From Methanocalculus alkaliphilus (lineage in GTDB: Archaea > Halobacteriota > Methanomicrobia > Methanomicrobiales > Methanocorpusculaceae): a stretch of 32,000 bases of DNA. This document shows positions 8,385 to 17,078 of this stretch, piece by piece. The stretch covers positions 39,676-71,675 of the forward strand of contig NZ_JALJYG010000010.1 of the NCBI RefSeq assembly GCF_024170505.1, written 5' to 3'. Positions within the stretch are counted from its first letter, which is position 1. Every line of letters begins with the position of its first letter. The notes under the pieces were generated by a model. The model saw nothing but the letters and a program-made list of their open reading frames with translations. It searched no databases and was not told the DNA's origin. Both the position numbers and the translations under genes were made by a program.

Positions 8385-9614
8385 ATGCATATCTGCGTAA
8401 TCGGTGGAGGACTCACCGGCCTTTCGGCGGCACTACGGCTCTCCGGAGATCATACGGTGACTGTTCTTGAGATGGATGAAGAGCCCGGGGGGTGCCTCTC
8501 ATCCTATCGGCTCCCTGATTACGCGATCGAGTCGCTGTACCATCACTGCTTCTCCGGGGATCGGCATCTGCTCTCTCTTATAGATGAGCTTGGTCTTACT
8601 GACCGACTCGAATGGCTGAAAGGGAGTACCGGATACATGGTCGGAGGGAGGATCTCACCGCTCACTACTCCGTTTGAAATTCTTCGCTACCCTCATCTCT
8701 CTCTCTTTGAGAAGATCCGGCTCGGTCTCTTTGTTCTTGGATCAAAGAATACGGATTACAAAAGCCTTGATGAGATCCCGGCAGAGAGATTCATCCGGGA
8801 AAAACTGGGTGATCAGATCTATCGTTCCTTCTTTGAGCCGCTCCTCAGGTCAAAATTTGGAGAGAGGCGTTCGGAGGTCTCCGCTGCCTGGCTGATGAGC
8901 AGGATAGCAATCCGATCTGATCGTGGATCAGAGGGTGAACGGCTCGGCTATCTTCAAAATGGGTTTGCAGAGCTCATCGATGCTCTCCTCCTGAGGCTGG
9001 ATGAGATGGGCTGCATGGTGCAGACAGGCCACCGGGTCTCCTCTCTTGAGGCAACAGAAAATGGATGGCTGGTGGATGGTGAGAGGTATGACTGCGTCAT
9101 ATCAACCCTTTCTCCACAGGAGACGGGGCGTCTCTCCTCTCTTCCCCTTTCACCTCTTCCATACCAGGGGTCTGCCTGCCTCACCCTTGCAACATCCTCC
9201 GATCCGACGGAGGGGATCTACTGGGTGAATATCGGAGATTCTGCCCCCTATGGTGCCGTGATTACGCATACAAACCTGGTACCGTTTGAGAGATATGGAG
9301 AGCATATTGTCTACATCGCATCCTACTTCTCAGGAGACCCTCCGGCAGATTGTGAGGAGCTCTTCCTCTCGGACTTCTGCTCCCGCTTCTCGGTTCCGAG
9401 ATCCTCGATCCATTGGCACCGCCTCCGCATCGAGCAGTATGCAGGCCCCGTCTATCTGACCGGATATCGTTCAATGATACCAGATCAGAATCCTGCCCCT
9501 GGTCTCTTCATTGCAGGGATGTTTTCGTTTGAGAATTATCCGGAACGAAGTATGGATGGATCCGTTGCAGCGGGCGAGGCGGTTGCCCAATCTGTTATGG
9601 GGTGGTTGTCATGA
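8385..9614 (+). CDS. FAD/NAD(P)-dependent oxidoreductase (amine-oxidase / phytoene-desaturase / protoporphyrinogen-oxidase-like fold)
   Basis: The N-terminal dinucleotide-binding motif is MHICVIGGGLTGLSAALRLS...VLEMDEEPGG. It is 409 aa long and is the first gene of a 4-gene overlapping module. Confidence 0.75.
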   Translation: MHICVIGGGLTGLSAALRLSGDHTVTVLEMDEEPGGCLSSYRLPDYAIESLYHHCFSGDRHLLSLIDELGLTDRLEWLKGSTGYMVGGRISPLTTPFEILRYPHLSLFEKIRLGLFVLGSKNTDYKSLDEIPAERFIREKLGDQIYRSFFEPLLRSKFGERRSEVSAAWLMSRIAIRSDRGSEGERLGYLQNGFAELIDALLLRLDEMGCMVQTGHRVSSLEATENGWLVDGERYDCVISTLSPQETGRLSSLPLSPLPYQGSACLTLATSSDPTEGIYWVNIGDSAPYGAVITHTNLVPFERYGEHIVYIASYFSGDPPADCEELFLSDFCSRFSVPRSSIHWHRLRIEQYAGPVYLTGYRSMIPDQNPAPGLFIAGMFSFENYPERSMDGSVAAGEAVAQSVMGWLS

Positions 9615-10321
9615 TGGAGGTATCAGCGGTCATTCCCGTGTTTAATGACAGAAAGGCACTTGAAAGAGCAATTCCTGAATCTATCCGGCGACTTGAGGAG
9701 ATCACCGGATCATTTGAGCTTCTCATTGCCGAAGACGGCTCCAATGACGGGAGTGCTGAATATGTCCGTTCATGGGAAGAGCGCGATCCCCGTGTCCGCC
9801 TCCTTCATGCCGATGAACGGCTCGGACGTGGCCGTGCGCTGAATCGTGCGTTTGCGGAGTCACAAGGAAAAATCTTCTGCTATTATGATGTTGATCTTGC
9901 AACCGATATGGTACATCTTGCCGATCTCATTGGTGCCATCCGTGATGGCTGTGCTATCGCAACCGGATCCCGACTGATGCCGGATTCGGCAATCGATCGG
10001 GGCCATGGGCGTGAGATTGCAAGCAGAGGGTATAACGCCCTTGTCCGTTTCTTCCTGGGAAGCCGCCTCTATGATCATCAGTGCGGCTTCAAGGCATTCT
10101 CCCGGGATCTCCTCACCTCCCTCCTCCCCGCTGTCCAGGCACCACACTGGTTCTGGGACACCGAGATCCTTGTGCTTGCAGAGCGTGCAGGGTACCGTGT
10201 CTGCGAGTTCCCCGTTGTCTGGAGGCAGGGTGAGCAGACAACAGTGAAATTCTCCGATGTAACCGGAATGGGATCAGACATCCTGAAACTCTGGTGGCGC
10301 CTCCATGCTTCGAAAGATTAG
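9611..10321 (+). CDS. Family-2 glycosyltransferase, polyprenyl/dolichyl-phosphate hexose synthase-like (DPM1/ArnC-like)
   Basis: VIPVFND...LIAEDGSNDGS...YYDVDL...HQCGFKAF are GT-A/GT2 DxD and acceptor motifs. The ATG at 9611 overlaps the upstream TGA (ATGA). The track start is GTG at 9602. Confidence 0.8.
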   Translation: MMEVSAVIPVFNDRKALERAIPESIRRLEEITGSFELLIAEDGSNDGSAEYVRSWEERDPRVRLLHADERLGRGRALNRAFAESQGKIFCYYDVDLATDMVHLADLIGAIRDGCAIATGSRLMPDSAIDRGHGREIASRGYNALVRFFLGSRLYDHQCGFKAFSRDLLTSLLPAVQAPHWFWDTEILVLAERAGYRVCEFPVVWRQGEQTTVKFSDVTGMGSDILKLWWRLHASKD

Positions 10322-11276
10322 TACCGTCATTCTTTCAACGCTCCTTGCGGCTGGATTAATCATTTTTCTCCTCTCCCGTGTATGGGATGAACTTCTCATC
10401 ACGCTCCATGAAGCAGATCTCCGGTTTCTCCTTCTTGCAACTCTCATCTGCCTTGCTGCCTGGTACCTTCGGGGCTGCCGGTACCGGTTCATCCTCTCCC
10501 GACTCTCAATAGCAGTCGGGGCCATCTTCTCGACAGCCTGTATCTTTGTCTCCCAGACGGCAAATCTGATCATCCCGGCACGGCTGGGGGATCTCATCAG
10601 ACTTCTGATCCTCAGGCATGAGAAGGGGACGACCTACTCGACCGGTCTCTCCTCCCTCATCGTTGAGCGTGTCTTTGATATCATCACCATCGCCCTTATC
10701 GGTGCAATTGCGCTTCCGTTCGTCGTCACCCAGGCGACATGGTTTTCAACGCTCATCGGTGTTACACTGCTTGGAGGGCTTCTCTTCATCATGGTTCTCC
10801 TCTTCTCCGGAAGATTCTCTTCGGAGAACCGTATTTTTGGAAAGATTCTGAAGATCCTGGATGAGATCCGCACCGTCTCAGGAACCACATCTGCCCTCGC
10901 GATTCTTTCAGTCTCATCCATTGCCATCTGGATCATCGACTGTATCATCTGTGCGATGGTTGCGATGATGTTTGGAGAAGTGGTACCCTTTCAGGTGATC
11001 GTTTTAGCCATTGTCATCGGCAACCTCGTCAAGGCTGTTCCGATTACCCCGGGCGGTGTTGGTACCTATGAGCTTGCTCTTGCCCTGACATTTGAGCTTG
11101 CCGGGGTTACACCGGGAACGGCGGTTCTTATTGCCATCATCGATCATCTCATCAAGAATCTGGTGACGCTTGCAGGCGGGGTCGTTTCCATCTACTACTT
11201 TGGGGAATGGACGCTTGCATTATTGAAGCGGGCATACTCAGGGGATATCAGGGGAGAGATCAATGGTCGGAGCTGA
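10305..11276 (+). CDS. Flippase-like membrane protein (UPF0104 / LPG_synthase_TM domain, as in the MprF N-terminal flippase)
   Basis: 323 aa with about 8 TM helices. It carries the motifs PARLGDLIRLLIL and VPITPGGVGTYELAL characteristic of this family. It overlaps the GT2 stop by 17 nt. Confidence 0.7.
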   Translation: MLRKISTVILSTLLAAGLIIFLLSRVWDELLITLHEADLRFLLLATLICLAAWYLRGCRYRFILSRLSIAVGAIFSTACIFVSQTANLIIPARLGDLIRLLILRHEKGTTYSTGLSSLIVERVFDIITIALIGAIALPFVVTQATWFSTLIGVTLLGGLLFIMVLLFSGRFSSENRIFGKILKILDEIRTVSGTTSALAILSVSSIAIWIIDCIICAMVAMMFGEVVPFQVIVLAIVIGNLVKAVPITPGGVGTYELALALTFELAGVTPGTAVLIAIIDHLIKNLVTLAGGVVSIYYFGEWTLALLKRAYSGDIRGEINGRS

Positions 11277-13263
11277 AGCCCAGGTACTGACGGTCATCCT
11301 CTGGCTCATTGCCCTGAAAATACTTCAGATATCGATCTATCCCCTCCTCCGACCCACCCTTGGCGAGATCGCCTACCCGCTCTCTTATCCCCTCTCACTC
11401 CTTGCATTTACCCTCTTCTCATGGTATGCAGGTCTGCTCCATCTTCCGGTACAGCTTGCGGCATTGTTCTTTCTTCTCCTCGGGTCTGTCATGCTCATCC
11501 GTAAGGAGTATGTGCCAGAGGATCTGAAGCGAAATCTCAGATGGGATGCGGTCTTCCTTGCCGGATTCCTCTATCTCCTTGAGATCCGGTTCTTCAATCC
11601 ATCGATCTCGTTTGCTGAGAAGTTCATGGACCACGCCTTCCTCGCCTCGGTGATGAGAAACCCGGTGGTTCCGCCTCCTGACCCCTGGTTTGCGGGGGGG
11701 GATCTCTCCATCTACTATTATCTTGGTCACTGGATGGCCGGGGCACTTGGTATCACAATTGGCGGAGAGTCGGTTGTCGTCTTTAACCTGATGCTCCCGA
11801 CCGTCGCAGGTATGGCGGTCGTGGCTGCAGCGGCTCTTGGGTATCTCCTGATCCCGCGATACTTCTACCTTCCTGCCGCCGTCCTTCTGATCCCAAACCC
11901 TGCTGCGGTCTGGCATCTGATCGCCGGCACCCCCGTTGATGTACTCCCCTGGGAGAGCACCCGTGTCATCACCGGGACAATCACTGAATATCCTCTCTTC
12001 TCCTTCTTCTGGGGTGATCCTCACGCCCATATCCTCGGTATCTTCAATCAGATACTCTTCATCACCCTCTGTATGGTCCTCTATCTCGGATATGGCGACC
12101 TCTCTCTTCGATCCCGTTATGTTCTTGCTCTCCTTCTGGCCCTCTCTCTTGGTACCATGCCGGGGGTGAACTCCTGGGATGTCCTCCTCTATGCTCCCTT
12201 CTACTGCCTGATCGCACTCCTGACCGGCATCCGGTATGCAGGGTGGGATCTCCGGGGGTGGCTGCCGCTCCTTTCTGTCCCTCCCCTCTCCATCCTTCTG
12301 TATGCGCCATTTCTGGCTGCGATTGAGGGGGCAGGAATTCTTGGGGTGGGTATTGTGCCAGAGGGGAGCAGCCTCGTGGAATTCATCCTGGTGCACGGAT
12401 TTTTCCTTGCCATCTTTCTTATGTATGGGTTGAAGGATCTGAGCCGGTATCCCTGGCTCCTGGCGCTCCCCCTCCTCGGCCTTCTCACCGGATATGGGGC
12501 GGCAGGTCTTGCCGGCATGGTACTCCTGCTCCTTGCGGTACGGCGATCCGGCCGGCCGGAAGAGATCCTCGGGATGGCAGGCCTTGCTGTCATCATCTTC
12601 TGTGAACTCATCTATCTGAAGGATAACATGGGGGAGTTCTACTACCGGATGAATACCGTCTTTAAGTTCTCGATGGTCGCCTGGGTGATGATGGGGCTTT
12701 CAACAACTATCATCATCGGCAGGTGGCTCTCCCGGCAGACATGGCCATGCGCCCTTCCACCATGGGCTGTCCGTTCTGCTCTGGCAGCAGGCATCCTGTT
12801 CCTGATTGTGATCCCCCCGTTTACCCCGCTCACCTATGGATATGCCACGCAGACCCTCGATGGATCAGCATGGCTTCAGGAAGCGCATCCGGGCGATGCA
12901 GCGGCGATCACGTATCTCCGTTCCCTTGACGGGGATCTCCGTATCATTGAGGCTGTCGGGGAGGGGTACTCCTATGCAGGGCGGATCTCCTCGTTTACAG
13001 GGATCCCGACGATCCTTGGATGGCAGGGTCATGAACTGGTATGGCGGAGTAATGAAGATGGATGGTATGGCAGGCGGATCGCCGATGTCCGCTCTATCTA
13101 TCAGGATCCTGGGCGATCCCTTCCTCTCCTTGAAGAGTATGGTATTACGCACCTCATCGTCGGACCACTTGAGAATGAACGATACAGGGTTCATCTCCCG
13201 GATGAAGGGCTTATTCTTGTCTTTGAAGCGGATGGGACATTGGTCTATGAGGTCGCTCCCTGA
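11263..13263 (+). CDS. Large polytopic membrane protein, DUF2298 / TIGR03662 'Chlor_Arch_YYY' family (putative GT-C-like)
   Basis: 666 aa and highly hydrophobic, with a soluble C-terminal domain. The diagnostic YYYxG motif is present (SIYYYLGHW, YYY = 11713-11721), as is EKFMDHAF. It overlaps the upstream stop by 14 nt. Confidence 0.75.
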   Translation: MVGAEAQVLTVILWLIALKILQISIYPLLRPTLGEIAYPLSYPLSLLAFTLFSWYAGLLHLPVQLAALFFLLLGSVMLIRKEYVPEDLKRNLRWDAVFLAGFLYLLEIRFFNPSISFAEKFMDHAFLASVMRNPVVPPPDPWFAGGDLSIYYYLGHWMAGALGITIGGESVVVFNLMLPTVAGMAVVAAAALGYLLIPRYFYLPAAVLLIPNPAAVWHLIAGTPVDVLPWESTRVITGTITEYPLFSFFWGDPHAHILGIFNQILFITLCMVLYLGYGDLSLRSRYVLALLLALSLGTMPGVNSWDVLLYAPFYCLIALLTGIRYAGWDLRGWLPLLSVPPLSILLYAPFLAAIEGAGILGVGIVPEGSSLVEFILVHGFFLAIFLMYGLKDLSRYPWLLALPLLGLLTGYGAAGLAGMVLLLLAVRRSGRPEEILGMAGLAVIIFCELIYLKDNMGEFYYRMNTVFKFSMVAWVMMGLSTTIIIGRWLSRQTWPCALPPWAVRSALAAGILFLIVIPPFTPLTYGYATQTLDGSAWLQEAHPGDAAAITYLRSLDGDLRIIEAVGEGYSYAGRISSFTGIPTILGWQGHELVWRSNEDGWYGRRIADVRSIYQDPGRSLPLLEEYGITHLIVGPLENERYRVHLPDEGLILVFEADGTLVYEVAP

Positions 13264-13294
13264 TCAGATGAGAACAACCTTTATCCCCGTTCTC

Positions 13295-13307
13295 TTCATA
13301 ATAATAT
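13295..13307 (+). promoter_or_regulatory. TATA-like element for the rpl7ae-rps28e-rpl24e-ndk operon
   Basis: The element ttcataataatat lies about 75 nt upstream of the rpl7ae ATG. The predicted TSS near 13330 would make the leader consist almost entirely of the kink-turn element. Confidence 0.45.
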
Positions 13308-13333
13308 GGTTACGCCAGCATCGGTTCCTGAAC

Positions 13334-13377
13334 CGCTGATGAGTGATGAGGGAGGATATTCCTCCTGAATGAGGTGA
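13334..13377 (+). promoter_or_regulatory. 5'-UTR kink-turn element (box C/D-like, probably double), candidate L7Ae autoregulatory site that sequesters the SD
   Basis: CUGAUGA (13336-13342) and GUGAUGA (13343-13349) are followed by a perfect hairpin, GGAGGA 13351-13356 / UCCUCC 13360-13365. CUGA (13365-13368) and AUGA (13369-13372) follow the hairpin. The hand fold gives two nested tandem G.A/A.G pairs, each with a 3-nt GAU bulge. The outer stem pairs with the GGUGA SD (13373-13377). Confidence 0.6.
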
Positions 13378-13380
13378 GTT

Positions 13381-13749
13381 ATGTCAAAGATGTACCAGAA
13401 ATTTGAGGTTCCCGAAGAACTTCAGAATAGTGCGCTTGAAGCGCTCGAGCTTGCACGTGATACCGGAAAGATCAAGAAAGGATCAAACGAGGCAACAAAA
13501 TCTGTGGAACGCGGCATCGCCCAGCTTGTGCTGGTCGGCGGAGATGTCGAGCCGGAAGAGATTGTGATGCACCTCCCCCCGCTCTGCATGGAGAAAGAGA
13601 TTCCATTCATCTTCATTACCAAACAGTCCGAGATCGGTGCCGCTTGTGGTCTTGATGTCGGATCAGCAGCAGTTGCAATCGTTAAATCCGGAAAAGCCAA
13701 GGATCTCGTTGAAGAGATTGTAACAAAAGTTACTGCACTGAGAGGCTGA
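13381..13749 (+). CDS. rpl7ae: 50S ribosomal protein L7Ae (kink-turn binding; also an sRNP/RNase P component)
   Basis: The sequence ...[57 protein letters not shown]... is a canonical L7Ae. Confidence 0.95.
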   Translation: MSKMYQKFEVPEELQNSALEALELARDTGKIKKGSNEATKSVERGIAQLVLVGGDVEPEEIVMHLPPLCMEKEIPFIFITKQSEIGAACGLDVGSAAVAIVKSGKAKDLVEEIVTKVTALRG

Positions 13750-13756
13750 GTGTTCT

Positions 13757-13966
13757 ATGGCTGATAATGGAACGCCGGCAGAAGTCATCGAAGTGATCGG
13801 GCTTACCGGGATGCACGGTGAGGCATCCCAGGTGAAGTGCAGGATCCTTGATGGCCCAAACAAGGGGCGGATCATCACCCGCAATACCTTCGGTCCAATC
13901 CGGGAGGGTGATATCCTGATGCTCCTTGAGACTGAACGTGAAGCGAAGAAGCTCTCGAGGCGGTGA
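13757..13966 (+). CDS. rps28e: 30S ribosomal protein S28e
   Basis: The sequence [57 protein letters not shown] is canonical S28e. Confidence 0.93.
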   Translation: MADNGTPAEVIEVIGLTGMHGEASQVKCRILDGPNKGRIITRNTFGPIREGDILMLLETEREAKKLSRR

Positions 13967-13971
13967 GCAGG

Positions 13972-14163
13972 ATGGTCGAGAAGTACACCTGCAGTTTCTG
14001 TGGCGATCAGCTCGAACCAGGTACTGGTAAACTCTTCGTCCGCAAGGACGGCGCGATCTTCTACTTCTGCTCCTCAAAGTGCCAGAGCAACTACAGGCTC
14101 CGCAGAGTTCCGCGCCGTGTCGAATGGACCGCAGCAGGCCGTAAGGCCCGTGGCAAGGAGTGA
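13972..14163 (+). CDS. rpl24e: 50S ribosomal protein L24e
   Basis: The sequence [37 protein letters not shown] is the L24e zinc-ribbon. The ATG at 13972 has a GGUGA SD 6 nt upstream. The track start is GTG at 13963. Confidence 0.9.
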   Translation: MVEKYTCSFCGDQLEPGTGKLFVRKDGAIFYFCSSKCQSNYRLRRVPRRVEWTAAGRKARGKE

Positions 14164-14168
14164 TCCTA

Positions 14169-14618
14169 ATGGAACGCTCCTTTGTGATGATTAAACCTGA
14201 TGGTGTCCAGAGAGGACTCATCGGTGAGATCATCTCCCGGTTTGAAAGAAAAGGCCTGAAGATGCTCGCTGCCAGATTCGAATGCCTCCCTGAGGACCGG
14301 GTTGCAGCACAGTACAACGAGCACCTTGAGAAGCCCTTCTTCCCCGGTCTCAAGACCTATATCATGAGCGGCCCGGTCTTTCTGATGGTCTGGGAGGGAA
14401 AGAATGCGGTCGGTATCATCAGGTCGCTTGTTGGTGCAACTAACCCCGTTGAGGCGGCTCCCGGGACCATCCGTGGCGACTTTGCAGTTGATATCGGCAG
14501 AAACGTCATTCATGCTTCCGATTCACCGGCATCAGGAGAGCGCGAGATTGCCATCCATTTCGGAAGCGATGATCTCGTAGCATATTCTGGTATCGCTGAG
14601 TCGATGCTGTACGAATAA
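14169..14618 (+). CDS. ndk: Nucleoside diphosphate kinase
   Basis: The sequence [31 protein letters not shown]...NVIHASDS carries the active-site His motif. GGAGUGA lies upstream of the ATG at 14169. Confidence 0.93.
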   Translation: MERSFVMIKPDGVQRGLIGEIISRFERKGLKMLAARFECLPEDRVAAQYNEHLEKPFFPGLKTYIMSGPVFLMVWEGKNAVGIIRSLVGATNPVEAAPGTIRGDFAVDIGRNVIHASDSPASGEREIAIHFGSDDLVAYSGIAESMLYE

Positions 14619-14636
14619 GATCTATCACCTCCACAC

Positions 14637-14647
14637 TCTTCTTTTTC
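14637..14647 (+). terminator. Oligo-T tract (tcttctttttc), candidate archaeal intrinsic terminator after ndk
   Basis: A T-rich run lies 19 nt after the ndk stop. Archaeal RNAP terminates at oligo-dT stretches. Confidence 0.35.
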
Positions 14648-14694
14648 ATCCACTTCCAGAAATGCCTTAAACATAGAGGTTCAATCGTAGATCA

Positions 14695-15345
14695 ATGGCT
14701 GATCTTCTGACCTTTGGGCTTCTCTCCCTTTCGTCACTCCTGATCATCGTCAATCCACTTGCAGTGGCACTTATCTATGTAAGCCTGACGGATATGATGG
14801 AGAAGACGGACCGGCTCAAAGTTGCATACGATGCAAGCCGTGTCGCTCTCCTTGTGGTGCTGACATTTGCAATAGCAGGGGGTTTGATCCTCCAGCTCTT
14901 CGGGATATCCCTTGAGGCGTTCCGGGTTGCAGGCGGCATCCTTCTCTTCGGGATCGGGATGGAGATGGTCTACGCAAAGACATCGCGGACGAAGATGACC
15001 GCCACCGAGAAGTATGAAGGGATTGATACCGATGAGGTCTCGATCGTCCCGTTGGCGGTTCCGATGATATCGGGTCCCGGCACGATCACAACAGTCATTG
15101 TGCTGATGAACGAGGCATCGTATCTTGGTATGTATGCATATGCCATCGTTATCCTTCTCTGCCCCTTCGTCATCGGGATCAGCTATTATATGATGAAGAA
15201 CGCTGATATCATAACAAAATATATTGGCCCGAGGGAGTACCGTGTGATCGGGCGGCTGATGGGGATACTGTTGATCGCCATAGCTGTTCAGTTTGTCATT
15301 ACCGGGCTCAGGACGGCGTTTCCGATCCTTGTTGGAGGTCTATAA
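14695..15345 (+). CDS. MarC family (UPF0056) integral membrane protein
   Basis: 216 aa with 6 TM helices. Motifs IIVNPLAVALIYVSLT and AGGILLFGIGMEM are typical of MarC/NAAT. Confidence 0.8.
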   Translation: MADLLTFGLLSLSSLLIIVNPLAVALIYVSLTDMMEKTDRLKVAYDASRVALLVVLTFAIAGGLILQLFGISLEAFRVAGGILLFGIGMEMVYAKTSRTKMTATEKYEGIDTDEVSIVPLAVPMISGPGTITTVIVLMNEASYLGMYAYAIVILLCPFVIGISYYMMKNADIITKYIGPREYRVIGRLMGILLIAIAVQFVITGLRTAFPILVGGL

Positions 15346-15554
15346 TGGTGCATATAAACGGGTTTGATCTCTTCTTCCTCTTCCTCGGGGGGTGTATGAT
15401 CATCGGAGCAGGACTTGTCGGGCTGATGACACTTGGGTATGAGGTACACTACACTCCTATTGTACTCATCACAATCGCGATGCTTATTGCAATGGTCGCT
15501 GTTGTGGTCATCCTCACCGGGTATTTTTCAGGTAAGGAAGGGCGGGGGGAGTAG
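15345..15554 (+). CDS. Small two-TM membrane protein, hypothetical
   Basis: 69 aa with two hydrophobic helices. The start overlaps the marC stop (TAATG). Its stop abuts the next ATG, an arrangement that suggests translational coupling. Confidence 0.5.
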   Translation: MVHINGFDLFFLFLGGCMIIGAGLVGLMTLGYEVHYTPIVLITIAMLIAMVAVVVILTGYFSGKEGRGE

Positions 15555-16352
15555 ATGGAGGTCTGCCTGGCCCAGCTTGCATCCGTTATTGATGATCCGG
15601 ATGCCAGTCTTCAGAAGGCTGATGGAGCAGTATCCGAGGCTGTCTGCCGGGGCGCTGATCTTATCGTCTTTCCTGAACAGTATGCCACCGGGTGGGATCC
15701 GAAATCCACTCGCCATGCCGAGGGTGATGACGGCCCGATTATAACCGGGTGGCGCCGGATCGCAGAGGAGTATGGTGCCTGGATTGCAGGGTCACACCGG
15801 GAACTATCTGGCAGCGGTGTGAAGAATACAACCCTCCTCATCGACCCCGATGGGGCGCTGAAGGGGCGATATGCAAAGATCCACCTCTTCACTCCCGGGG
15901 GGGAGGGAGAGCTGTATACAGCCGGTGACAGATTTGTTATCTGTGATGTCGCAGGTATCCGGGTTGGATGCGCCATCTGTTACGATCTCCGGTTTCCCGA
16001 ACTCTTTCGGAAGTATGCTGATCGTGGGGCTGAGTGTATGATCGTTCCTGCGGCATGGCCGTGCAGCCGGCTGGATCACTTCCATCTCTTTGCCAGGGCA
16101 CGGGCGGTGGAAAACCAGTTCTATATCGCTGCAGTCTGTACAACGGGGAAGACGCCTGTCGATACCTACTGTGGCGGCTCGTATATCGTTGATCCTGTGG
16201 GAGAGGTGATCTCCCGGGCGGGTGATGGTGAGGCTCTGATATCTGCCCCGATCTCATCAGATCAGGTTCGGAGGGTTCGCGAGGCGTTTCCTATGCAAAG
16301 AGACCTCAGGCGTGACATTTACATGGATATAAGCCCATATAATGGAGAATGA
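15555..16352 (+). CDS. Carbon-nitrogen hydrolase family protein (nitrilase/omega-amidase-like)
   Basis: The Glu-Lys-Cys triad context is present: LIVFPEQ, YAKIHLF, CAICYDLRFPE. Confidence 0.85.
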   Translation: MEVCLAQLASVIDDPDASLQKADGAVSEAVCRGADLIVFPEQYATGWDPKSTRHAEGDDGPIITGWRRIAEEYGAWIAGSHRELSGSGVKNTTLLIDPDGALKGRYAKIHLFTPGGEGELYTAGDRFVICDVAGIRVGCAICYDLRFPELFRKYADRGAECMIVPAAWPCSRLDHFHLFARARAVENQFYIAAVCTTGKTPVDTYCGGSYIVDPVGEVISRAGDGEALISAPISSDQVRRVREAFPMQRDLRRDIYMDISPYNGE

Positions 16353-17038
16353 AAGGATCTGAGCACCTTGGTCTGTCACTTCTCTCCGGCGGACTGCTCT
16401 TCGTCCCCCTCCTCCCTCCCTCTCCTGTAACCTACATCATTCTCTTTTCGGGCCTTCTTACCGGCTCGCTGGCGCCTGATGCCGATGTCAGGCGCTCAGC
16501 CCAACATGGTCGCGGTGGGCCCTCTCTTCCTTCCATGATTTTTATGTATATCATCAGATATCTGATCTACTACCCCGCTTCTCTCATCTTCATGGCTGTC
16601 TATGGGAAGCGGTGCACACCCCGGCATCGGGGCCTGCTTCATTCACTTCCGGGCATAACCATCATGTCGGTTCTCATCGGCCTCTTCCTCCTCGCATCTG
16701 CAGGCTACTGTGGGATCTCCCCAAATGAGCAGATCCTCCTCTTTACTCTGGCATTCTTTTGTGGTGCCCTCATCCACCTAACCGCAGATACCTGTACATT
16801 TTCCGGGATCGGATGGCTCTTCCCCCTCTCCCGGAGGCGACTGTCAGGTACGATCAGAACCGGGGATCGGGATGATATCCGCCCCCTCCTCTACCTCTGC
16901 ACACTCGGCCTTGCAGGTCTCTTCATCCTCTTCCTCCCGGCATACGGGGTCGTGGCGGATGACCTCTATCCGTATTCAGGGGCTGTTCTTCTTCCACTTC
17001 TCTGGCTCCTCTTCTTCGTATCGGCAGGTGTCCGGTGA
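16349..17038 (+). CDS. Membrane-bound metal-dependent hydrolase (YdjM/DUF457 family)
   Basis: Polytopic protein with the motifs GSLAPDADV and HRGLLHSLPG. It has an ATGA overlap with the nitrilase-family gene. Confidence 0.7.
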   Translation: MKGSEHLGLSLLSGGLLFVPLLPPSPVTYIILFSGLLTGSLAPDADVRRSAQHGRGGPSLPSMIFMYIIRYLIYYPASLIFMAVYGKRCTPRHRGLLHSLPGITIMSVLIGLFLLASAGYCGISPNEQILLFTLAFFCGALIHLTADTCTFSGIGWLFPLSRRRLSGTIRTGDRDDIRPLLYLCTLGLAGLFILFLPAYGVVADDLYPYSGAVLLPLLWLLFFVSAGVR

Positions 17039-17078
17039 ATCCCTTCCCCTTATTATCCATCGGATCACATCTATACGC

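Noticed and set aside
11419-12396. 325-aa minus-strand ORF
   Set aside because: It is entirely antisense to the well-supported YYY/DUF2298 membrane protein gene. Its translation is low-complexity (E/D/R/G/P-rich) with no recognisable motifs. This is a typical shadow ORF opposite a hydrophobic gene.
13730-14353. 207-aa minus-strand ORF
   Set aside because: It is antisense to the canonical rps28e, rpl24e and ndk genes. It is Arg/Ser/Cys-rich and random-looking. It is a shadow ORF.
16872-17078. 69-codon upstream extension of thrC
   Set aside because: It overlaps the 3' end of the DUF457 gene and is Ser-rich filler. ThrC homologues begin at the zinc-ribbon (MHRLVCIHC...), which is the ATG at 17079.
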